13,174 bases of DNA from a bacterium (GTDB lineage Bacteria > Muiribacteriota > UBA6191), in assembly GCA_036339875.1 (NCBI GenBank), contig JAYZAC010000169.1:1-13174 (forward strand), given 5' to 3'. Of this stretch, positions 1 to 7,459 are shown piece after piece (position 1 is the first letter of the stretch; each line of letters opens with the position of its first letter). The notes beneath the pieces are model-generated. The model was not told the DNA's origin. It ran no database searches and saw nothing but the letters and a program-made list of their open reading frames with translations. The position numbers were made by a program, and so were the translations under genes.

Positions 1-95
1 AAATTGACTACAATCCAAAGGATCATAATTATCCCGCCTATGGGAACGGGTATTGCCTTCTTTTTCTTCTCAGAGAGTAGGTTAATTTGTATCAT
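1..95 (-). CDS. pilN: Type IV pilus assembly protein PilN, N-terminal part (runs off the window edge; not in the ORF track)
   Basis: ATG at 95..93, 2 nt after the pilM stop, with a GAGGA SD inside the pilM 3' end. It translates as MIQINLLSEKKKKAIPVPIGGIIMILWIVVN: an INLL(P)-type PilM-binding motif, a basic patch, then a TM helix. Directly follows pilM. Confidence 0.85.
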   Translation of the reverse strand, partial: MIQINLLSEKKKKAIPVPIGGIIMILWIVVN

Positions 96-97
96 AT

Positions 98-1267
98 TCA
101 AGCATCCTCATTAGTTGCACAACCTCGAAGAGCTAGTCCAATGGCAACCGTATATTCCTGTAAATTTTCCTCAAAGAGCTCAGGATTATCCATATCTTTC
201 AATAAGCCATACGATGGATCTGCTATCTCCACATCCACAGAAAGCTCATTACTCAAAAGTACATCTATATCCTTTAATTTTGCAGTACCACCAGTTAGAA
301 ATACTCTATGAATTACAGGTTCTCGGTGTTGTGCTTTATAGTAATCAAATGATCTACGAATTTCCCCAGCTATTTCCTCAACTGTCGTGTGGACCACGTC
401 GCTAAACTCTTGGTCTTCGTTCCCCTCTACAGCTTCCTTGGATTTCTCGATTTTGATATCCTCAGCTTCTTCAACAGTTACCTTGTAAACACTTCGAATT
501 ACATCTGTTATGTTATTTCCAGAAATAGGCACATTTCTTGAAAATCTTAAAATACCATCCTTTAAAACATTTATTATGGTAGAACGAGCACCAATACTTA
601 CGATTGCAACTACTTCGTCATCGGATGATGACTCTGCTCCAATATCTGCGGAGTCTTGTATTTGCTCCATATCGTCCAGTGAATTATCATCTCCAATTTG
701 CTCTCCTTGAGGAGACTTTTGTAAGAAATTATTTAGGGCATTAATTATAGCCAGCGAGTCGATATCCAAACAGTCCAGCTGACTAACACCTACGGACTTG
801 AAAATATCAACTATATTCTCGACATACTCTTTTTGAGCAACTGCCAACAAGCAAAGAATTCTGGTCATACCCTCTTGCTCAACTTTTGCTAACTTTGCAA
901 AATGGATATTTACCGTATCCAAAGGATAAGGTACATACTGTTCAGCTTCTCCATCAATTGCATGAGCTAATTCCTCATCACCCATATCTGGTAAGGGAAG
1001 AAATCTTAAAATAGTATTTGAACTTGTAATGGCAGTAAATACCTGGTCATATTTCAAGCCATACTCTTTCTTGAGGTTTTTAATCATTTGAATAACAGCA
1101 CTTGGATCCTGCAAAACTCCGTCTTGAAAGACCCCCGCACTATATTTTTCGTGTCCATGATTTATTATTTGTGGACCTTGCTTAGTCTTCTTCATTTGAA
1201 CAAATTTGAGTGCAGAAGATCCAATATCAATCCCTAGAGAATATTTAGGAGGTCCAAGACGAAACAT
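98..1267 (-). CDS. pilM: Type IV pilus assembly protein PilM (actin/FtsA-like ATP-binding protein)
   Basis: Motifs LGIDIGSSALK, EAEQYVPYP, EIRRSFDYY, LTGGTAKL and C-terminal VAIGLALRG. GAAAGGA SD 6 nt before the ATG. Followed by pilN. Confidence 0.95.
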   Translation of the reverse strand: MFRLGPPKYSLGIDIGSSALKFVQMKKTKQGPQIINHGHEKYSAGVFQDGVLQDPSAVIQMIKNLKKEYGLKYDQVFTAITSSNTILRFLPLPDMGDEELAHAIDGEAEQYVPYPLDTVNIHFAKLAKVEQEGMTRILCLLAVAQKEYVENIVDIFKSVGVSQLDCLDIDSLAIINALNNFLQKSPQGEQIGDDNSLDDMEQIQDSADIGAESSSDDEVVAIVSIGARSTIINVLKDGILRFSRNVPISGNNITDVIRSVYKVTVEEAEDIKIEKSKEAVEGNEDQEFSDVVHTTVEEIAGEIRRSFDYYKAQHREPVIHRVFLTGGTAKLKDIDVLLSNELSVDVEIADPSYGLLKDMDNPELFEENLQEYTVAIGLALRGCATNEDA

Positions 1268-1437
1268 ACGGTTTCCTTTCTAAATCTGCTTATGCCTAAC
1301 GGGGCTATCGTCAACCTTTTGCCATAGCTTAACAAAATTGCGGCTACAGGAGCGTTTTTGTACGTTAAATTTCAGTTTTATAATTAAATTAAGACCAACT
1401 AACCATTGACTATGTTCCATTTGTTTCAATAAAGTTA

Positions 1438-2631
1438 CTAATATATTTTATTGAGATTCACTCCGGTGAAGTAATATTTTAAGATATCAGGGTACTTTAG
1501 TTTCTGTTTAGCTAAACCCTTAGCACCCCACTGACAAAGTCCTACTCCATGACCAAATCCTGTACCTCTCAATTTGAGCTTACTGAAACGACGATTGTAA
1601 TTCATTAATATTTGCATCACTGCAATTTCTTCTTCACTATTACTCTTGGAAGAATCATTTTTCAAAATATCTATTGATTTAAATATTGTTGAACGTACTT
1701 TTGAAGCGGAAATCATCTGACGAAAAGCGGTACCAGATATTTTAAGCTTGCCATCTTGATGAGATATATGGACGAGTTTTACTCTTCCATTTTTATCATG
1801 TTCAAAATTCACTTTTTTGATTTTCCTTATTTTTTTACCTTTTTGATTTAAGTAACCGCTCAGTCCGGCAAAACTTAGCTCGTAATCCCATACGTAATTT
1901 TTGTAGCCACTACACCATTTACACTCTTTAGATTTAAGATATGGCACTCCTTTACCATGCCAATCTTTACTAGCCAATGTAGAACCGCCACAGGCAGAGT
2001 GATAAAAGCCAGAAATTGGCTCATTCTCGTAAATTAAAATTTTTCCATGGGTATCTTTAACTACCTTGCGAGCAATTGGATGTTCGTCTTCAATTCCGTT
2101 GTATACCTGTGAACGAACATCGTCAGTCAAACCAAACCCTTCTTTACGGAACTTATCCTTATTTCGAATCGCGTATGTTCTTGCAACCACAGCCTGAGCT
2201 TTCAAGGCTTCAATCGGAGAATTTATAAGCATCTCTGATTTGATTACTCCATATAAATATGATTCGATATCAATCAAATTTACCACTGTCAACTTTCCAA
2301 ATCTATCCTCAAAAAGCTTAAGTTTGCCTCGATAACCCTTTCCGTTAATATAGACTAAACCCTTCTTAAAAGGCTCTATTGTTACAGCCTGAAGATTATT
2401 GAAATGAAGGAATCCAAAACCCCTTTCGGTAACCTTAAAATTCAATGACTTTCCATTCCAGCGTGTAAACAACTTTTTTCGCTCTGGGAAATTAAAAATT
2501 TGGAATCCATGTTGCGAGCTTAAATAGACGGAACTCTTTTTCTCGAGTACCGCTACATCTAATATCGGGACTTCACTGGCGTAATTAAGCCATGCGAAAA
2601 CACAAAACAAAGTTAAGTAAGCAGCACGCAT
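1438..2631 (-). CDS. SpoIID/LytB-domain peptidoglycan lytic transglycosylase, exported
   Basis: N-terminal signal-like segment. Motifs YRGKL, VNLIDIESYLYGVIKSEM (catalytic Glu133), EALKAQAVVARTY, SQVY, YHSACGG, GFGHGVGLCQWGA and ILKYYF. Confidence 0.92.
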   Translation of the reverse strand: MRAAYLTLFCVFAWLNYASEVPILDVAVLEKKSSVYLSSQHGFQIFNFPERKKLFTRWNGKSLNFKVTERGFGFLHFNNLQAVTIEPFKKGLVYINGKGYRGKLKLFEDRFGKLTVVNLIDIESYLYGVIKSEMLINSPIEALKAQAVVARTYAIRNKDKFRKEGFGLTDDVRSQVYNGIEDEHPIARKVVKDTHGKILIYENEPISGFYHSACGGSTLASKDWHGKGVPYLKSKECKWCSGYKNYVWDYELSFAGLSGYLNQKGKKIRKIKKVNFEHDKNGRVKLVHISHQDGKLKISGTAFRQMISASKVRSTIFKSIDILKNDSSKSNSEEEIAVMQILMNYNRRFSKLKLRGTGFGHGVGLCQWGAKGLAKQKLKYPDILKYYFTGVNLNKIY

Positions 2632-2635
2632 GGTC

Positions 2636-3937
2636 TCATCTCAATACAGCTTGAATATCTTGATAAGTCACAATTACAATTAAAGATAGAACGCAGAGAA
2701 CCCCAAAAATATTTATATAACCCTCCATGACGTCGTCAAAGGCTTCTTTAGCGCGACCAAAGACTTTTCTGGAGAACCAATTTACAATTTCTTTAGTCAC
2801 TATAACAAAAATCCTACCGCCATCCAGACCTGGTATAGGAATCAAATTAAAAACCCCTATCGAGAGACATATTTGAGCCGCTAGCTCAAAGAAACTATGC
2901 CACCCCTTATCAACTGTTTGTGAGACTGCGTTGGCTATCGCAACGGGCCCACCAATACCTTCAGGTGCTTTGAACTTTGTAGCAATATTAACAACAATTT
3001 CGCTAATCTGTACAAACAAAATTTTAGTCATTTGAATTGTAAATATTGTCGCCTTCTCCAATGATTCCGCAAAGGGGTATGTCATCAAACGATCATCTAG
3101 AAAGTAAGGGGTAATATGAACGCCTATTTTCCCTGTCTTGTCAGGTTTTACTGTAATATCTATAGTTTCAACTGTAGTCGATACGTCCACTTTTAACGTT
3201 TTCGAGCCTAATGTTTTTAAGTAATTTTTTGCAGTTGCTTGATTATCAAAAACCACAGGAAATTTGCGTTGTGACGTATGAAACCTTATAAAGTTGCCCT
3301 CTTTGTAATCTTTATCTAGATGAGTTTTCAATGCTGCGAAATCATCAAAGCTTCTGTATCCTGATCTCCTAGCCACTTGAATAGCTAAAGGTTTACCTGT
3401 ACTCTCACGAATAATCCGCTGTCCATCTTCTGTCCGCTGGATTTTTTGACCATTTATAGAAAGAAAAACATCATCTGCCTCAATTCCTGCAACTTGAGCA
3501 GGGCTATTTGGCATTAATTTGATGACATGAATCGTAGAAGAGTTAACCCCAAATTGAAATAGCAATAGTGTAATAATTCCAACGGTTCCAATTACATTCA
3601 TAAAAGGTCCAGCCAGTAATATAGCTATTTTTTGCCAGATTTTTTTTCTCTGAAAAGAGCGTTCCCCAGGGTCCGGCTTTCCGTCACCTACATCGATCCC
3701 ATCTTCGTGTGCGAGCAGCACGAATCCGCCAATAGGAAAAATCCTTATTGAATATTCAGTTTCACCAATTGTTTTAGACCATAATTTCTGTGTTCCCATT
3801 CCGATGGCAAAGGCATCTACCCTTACATTACACCATTTAGCCACCAGAAAATGACCCAATTCATGTATAAATGCTACGAAACCAATTACAAGTAAAAAGT
3901 AAAATAATTTCAGAAGGTAGCCTATCAAAACTTCCAT
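2636..3937 (-). CDS. rseP: RIP metalloprotease RseP (site-2 protease, M50B) with PDZ domain; catalytic motifs intact
   Basis: HELGH (residues 25-29, 3851..3865), FAIGMG, FPIGGFV, AGPFMN, PDZ (NSPAQVAGI...INGQKI), GGPVAI, and FNLIPIPGLDGG with the third Zn ligand Asp372. Located downstream of uppS-cdsA. Confidence 0.95.
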   Translation of the reverse strand: MEVLIGYLLKLFYFLLVIGFVAFIHELGHFLVAKWCNVRVDAFAIGMGTQKLWSKTIGETEYSIRIFPIGGFVLLAHEDGIDVGDGKPDPGERSFQRKKIWQKIAILLAGPFMNVIGTVGIITLLLFQFGVNSSTIHVIKLMPNSPAQVAGIEADDVFLSINGQKIQRTEDGQRIIRESTGKPLAIQVARRSGYRSFDDFAALKTHLDKDYKEGNFIRFHTSQRKFPVVFDNQATAKNYLKTLGSKTLKVDVSTTVETIDITVKPDKTGKIGVHITPYFLDDRLMTYPFAESLEKATIFTIQMTKILFVQISEIVVNIATKFKAPEGIGGPVAIANAVSQTVDKGWHSFFELAAQICLSIGVFNLIPIPGLDGGRIFVIVTKEIVNWFSRKVFGRAKEAFDDVMEGYINIFGVLCVLSLIVIVTYQDIQAVLR

Positions 3938-3960
3938 AATAAACCCTTAAATTGTATTAC

Positions 3961-5250
3961 TTAGAACAATCGGGACAAGGTCGGAAAACTATGAGTGATA
4001 ATCAAAAGTAAAACGAGCGCAATTGCACCAAAGTACAATAGTTTCAGATAGTTCTCAACATCTTCATTAATTAGATTTGTATCTAAATTAAAAAGATATT
4101 TACACAAGTCGTTAATCATTATGCGTCCCACGTAAACAGTTACCTTATAGCCATCAGACTTGGGAAAAGGCAACAAATTTATAATTGCAGCTAAAAGGCA
4201 AATCATTGATAAATATCTTAAAGACAGATTTATATCAAAACGAGAAATATCCAGGGCAAATTGCAATAACTCAGTCATTATGGGGGTTTCCAAGTAAAAG
4301 CTACCCTGAGCGATCAATTTATTAATGAAACTACCTAGTTCATATACTAGAGCAACAACTATAAAATTTACATGACTAACGGCTAAACTTATAGATTCAA
4401 TATATCCAAGAGAAGTTACTGATTCCGTAATTGAATATGGCTTGATACCTATGCCTATAGTACCTGATGAATCTGGTTTAACAGTAATGTCCAAAAATTT
4501 ACTCCTCGTAGATATTTCAACACTGATATCATTTAAATTAATTTTTTCGATGTACCTCAAAGCGGGTTCTTTGGCATAGAACCATCGAGGTTTTTTGCCT
4601 GCTTCATTAATACGAATGTAATCCCGGGGCTGATATTTGTCTCTCAAATAATCTAAAAGTCTTTTATAATCATTAAATTGAAGGTAATCCGTTTTGCGTT
4701 CAATATTTAATAAAATATTTAAATTAGGATGATCAGATATTAACTGACGCCCCTGATCAAATTTAGTAATTTGCACCCCATTCACACTTCGAACAATGTC
4801 CCCCCGCTGCATTGAAGTCTTAGTCGCAGGTGAATTCGGTATGATATTTACAACCTGCATTGTGTAATTACTATCACCATAAAAAATAAATGACAGTGCC
4901 ATAATCATAATTGCACTTACGAGGTTTCCTAATGGACCAGCGAAAAGCAAACAAACTTGCTTAACTGAAAATCCAATATTTAGAACCGTATTCTCGCTTT
5001 GTATCGATTCATCATCGAATAATATATGTCCGCCTATTGGAAATTTACCCAAAATGAACTTAGTACCACCATGAGACACTTTACTAAGGAATTCGTTACC
5101 TATTCCTAATTTTATTTTATGTATCTTAAAGCCAATGGTCCAACCGACAATTAACCTACCCAAAAGATAACTTATGACAACAACTTCAATAATAAAAAAA
5201 AAACAGATTAATAGCTGAAGGCCAGATGAGTAGCTTTCTAGAAGATACAT
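3961..5250 (-). CDS. RseP/M50 paralogue lacking the HExxH motif (probable catalytically inactive site-2 pseudoprotease) with PDZ domain
   Basis: Colinear with the adjacent RseP: LGIG, FPIGGHI, AGPLGN, NSPA...GDIVRSVNG, DITVKPD, NLLPFPKSDG. The HELGH position reads YLLGR (5155..5169). Uninterrupted 429-aa ORF starting 7 nt after the cdsA stop. Confidence 0.88.
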   Translation of the reverse strand: MYLLESYSSGLQLLICFFFIIEVVVISYLLGRLIVGWTIGFKIHKIKLGIGNEFLSKVSHGGTKFILGKFPIGGHILFDDESIQSENTVLNIGFSVKQVCLLFAGPLGNLVSAIMIMALSFIFYGDSNYTMQVVNIIPNSPATKTSMQRGDIVRSVNGVQITKFDQGRQLISDHPNLNILLNIERKTDYLQFNDYKRLLDYLRDKYQPRDYIRINEAGKKPRWFYAKEPALRYIEKINLNDISVEISTRSKFLDITVKPDSSGTIGIGIKPYSITESVTSLGYIESISLAVSHVNFIVVALVYELGSFINKLIAQGSFYLETPIMTELLQFALDISRFDINLSLRYLSMICLLAAIINLLPFPKSDGYKVTVYVGRIMINDLCKYLFNLDTNLINEDVENYLKLLYFGAIALVLLLIITHSFPTLSRLF

Positions 5251-5257
5251 AAGAATA

Positions 5258-6064
5258 CTACTGCAAACATATGTATAGCGATAAAATTACCGATCCAATT
5301 ATCACCGAATCAAATCTATCCAGTACTCCCCCATGACCGGGTATCAAGCTACCAGAGTCTTTTACACCGAAGCTCCTCTTAAAAAACGATTCCAAAAGGT
5401 CACCCAATTGGCCGGAGATGGACACTGCCAAAAATAGTAACCAATAACAATCTAACAAGACAGGTGGTATCAATTGAGGAAAGTTAAATTTTATTATAGC
5501 CCACAAGGTACCCGCACCAAGGATACCGATCAAAGCACCCTCCCATGTTTTTTTCGGACTTAAGTATGGACTAAATGATGTGCGACCAAAAAGTCTCCCT
5601 CCGATGTACGCGAAGGTATCTTGAAACCAGTTGATGGAAAAGAGAAAAATTAAAATGTAAGTAGGCCAATCCTGTAAAGTCAGTATAAATAAACTTCCAT
5701 AACCAACAGTAATGTAGGTAATCAGCGTGAATCCTATCGCTTTATCAGCAAACTCTTTTCTACCTTGTCCGGGTCTGTAGAATTGCATCTGAATTATTAT
5801 TGAAGCTAGAGGCACTAAGACAATAGCACCTAAAAAATATGAGACGTCCTTGAATAATATTCCGACAAAACAAGAAGTTAGAAAAAGAACACTTGAGACA
5901 GTGTAACTCAAGTCTGAGCCTGAAGATTTATCCATATTGTAAGCTTCGTAAAAAGCTCCTAAAGTTAATATCCACCAGACAAACCCAAATAATTGCATGC
6001 TGTAAAACATACTTACCAATAATATAGCGACTAGAAAAAAGCCTGAAAGACTACGAATTAACAC
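5258..6064 (-). CDS. cdsA: Phosphatidate cytidylyltransferase (CDP-diglyceride synthetase)
   Basis: Motifs DTFAYIGGRLFG, SPKKTWEG and GDLLESFFKRSFGVKDSGSLIPGHGGVLDRFDS. Start moved from the track's TTG at 6070 to GTG at 6064: the GGAGG in the uppS FGG codons is 8 nt from the GTG but only 2 nt from the TTG. Overlaps the uppS 3' end. Confidence 0.95.
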   Translation of the reverse strand: MLIRSLSGFFLVAILLVSMFYSMQLFGFVWWILTLGAFYEAYNMDKSSGSDLSYTVSSVLFLTSCFVGILFKDVSYFLGAIVLVPLASIIIQMQFYRPGQGRKEFADKAIGFTLITYITVGYGSLFILTLQDWPTYILIFLFSINWFQDTFAYIGGRLFGRTSFSPYLSPKKTWEGALIGILGAGTLWAIIKFNFPQLIPPVLLDCYWLLFLAVSISGQLGDLLESFFKRSFGVKDSGSLIPGHGGVLDRFDSVIIGSVILSLYICLQ

Positions 6065-6872
6065 TATCAATGCCTCCGAACCGGCGATCGCGCTGCTGAA
6101 AGTTAAGAATAGCCTTGAATAAATCTAACTTTCGAAAATCTGGCCAATGCACGTTTGTAAAATGAAATTCGCTATATGCAAGTTCCCAAAGAAGAAAATT
6201 CGAAATACGAGATTCACCGCTGGTTCGAATTAATAATTCAGGATCAGGACAAAAATTTGTAAATAAAGAATTTGAAATCATCTCTTCCGTAATATCAGTC
6301 GACTTCAATTCACCCGATACAACTCTGTCAGCAAGACTCTTTGCCACTCTCGTTATATCTGCTCTGCCGCTATAGTTTAATGCTAGTGTCATACAGATCT
6401 TTGTGTTATTCGATGTCCTCTCCTCAGCTTGACGGAATTCCTCTTTAATTTTAGGACCCATTCGACTTAGGTCACCGATTACCCTTAAACTGACGCCATC
6501 TCTTTCCAATCGATCAATATACTTAATCAAAGAACTACTAAAAAGACTCATAAGAGCATTCACTTCAGATTCACTTCGTCTCCAGTTTTCCGTTGAAAAT
6601 GCATAAAATGTAACATATTCAGTGGGTATCTTACCGCATGCTTCGACCACATCGTAAACCGATTGGACACCAGCCTTGTGACCACTGGTACGAAGCTTGC
6701 CTCTTTGCTTGGCCCAGCGACCATTACCATCCATTATGATCGCCACATGACGGGGACATTTTGTCCAATCTATTTGATCAAAAATAGAAGTTTCTTGAGG
6801 ACTTAATTGAAAATCTGAACGTATAGACTCACTCAAATGATTTGATTCTTTGGTAAATAGAGATGAATTCAA
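6051..6872 (-). CDS. uppS: Undecaprenyl diphosphate synthase (isoprenyl transferase)
   Basis: Motifs PRHVAIIMDGNGRWA, FSTENWRR, LNYSGR, LIRTSGESRISNFLLW, WPDF and RRFGG. TTG start with an AGGA SD, giving a ~30-aa N-terminal extension. Confidence 0.97.
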   Translation of the reverse strand: MNSSLFTKESNHLSESIRSDFQLSPQETSIFDQIDWTKCPRHVAIIMDGNGRWAKQRGKLRTSGHKAGVQSVYDVVEACGKIPTEYVTFYAFSTENWRRSESEVNALMSLFSSSLIKYIDRLERDGVSLRVIGDLSRMGPKIKEEFRQAEERTSNNTKICMTLALNYSGRADITRVAKSLADRVVSGELKSTDITEEMISNSLFTNFCPDPELLIRTSGESRISNFLLWELAYSEFHFTNVHWPDFRKLDLFKAILNFQQRDRRFGGIDSVNS

Positions 6873-6896
6873 ATAATTTCCTAAATCAAACCAACA

Positions 6897-7457
6897 CTAA
6901 ACTTCCATAATGTCTTTTTCTTTAGATTGCAAAATATCTTCAATCTTACCTATGTAGGCATCGGTTTTATCTTGAATGGTTTTCTGAAACTTTTTAGACT
7001 CATCCTCGGTTAGCTCTTTTTCCTTTTCCATTTTTTTTAAGGCGGTATTAGCATCTCGGCGAGCATTACGTATAGAAACTCTTCCGTCTTCCGCTCTACC
7101 TTTGGCCACTTTGACCAAATCCTTACGACGGTCCTCGGTCATTTCTGGCATAGACAAACGAATTACGTTTCCATCATTAGCTGGCATAATGCCTAGGTCA
7201 CTAGCCATTATTGCTTTCTCAATTGGAGCCAACATTGATTTGTCCCATGGTTGTATCATTAAGATACGAGGTTCGGGAACCGACAGAGATGCAACCGCCT
7301 TAATTGGACTCATAGCGCCGTAACTATCAACACGGATCTTATCCACTAACATTGGATTAGCTCTTCCAGTTCTCAATGTTTGTAATGATTCAATTAAAGC
7401 CTCTACGGCTGAATCCATTTTATCTTCTGCCTCAAGTACTACTTCTTCAACGTCCAT
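6897..7457 (-). CDS. frr: Ribosome recycling factor
   Basis: Motifs LRTGRANP, IQPWD, PEMTEDRRKDLVK and IRNARRDA; 186 aa. AGGAGGT SD lies in the pyrH 3' end. Confidence 0.98.
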   Translation of the reverse strand: MDVEEVVLEAEDKMDSAVEALIESLQTLRTGRANPMLVDKIRVDSYGAMSPIKAVASLSVPEPRILMIQPWDKSMLAPIEKAIMASDLGIMPANDGNVIRLSMPEMTEDRRKDLVKVAKGRAEDGRVSIRNARRDANTALKKMEKEKELTEDESKKFQKTIQDKTDAYIGKIEDILQSKEKDIMEV

Positions 7458-7459
7458 AT

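Noticed and set aside
87..710. Plus-strand ORFs 87..311, 115..405 and 510..710
   Set aside because: Short antisense shadows of pilM with no recognisable motifs.
1310..1435. Sigma54-like TGGCAAAAGGTTGAC before pilM, and plus-strand TTGACT-N18-TAAAGT pointing antisense into the SpoIID gene
   Set aside because: The first lacks the invariant GG-N10-GC spacing. The second has a weak -10 in very AT-rich DNA.
1438..2631. SpoIID homologue as evidence of sporulation
   Set aside because: SpoIID/LytB domains are widespread in non-sporulating diderms, and no other sporulation genes are present.
4330..4347. YELGS in the paralogue as a relocated HExxH
   Set aside because: It has no histidines and lies in the post-PDZ helix, not TM1; likely coincidental.
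5140..5250. Possibility that HExxH loss is a frameshift or assembly artefact at the T10 run, or that the gene is a pseudogene
   Set aside because: Neither alternative frame contains HExxH here. YLLGR is in register with HELGH (LG retained), three separate codons differ, and the ORF is full length.
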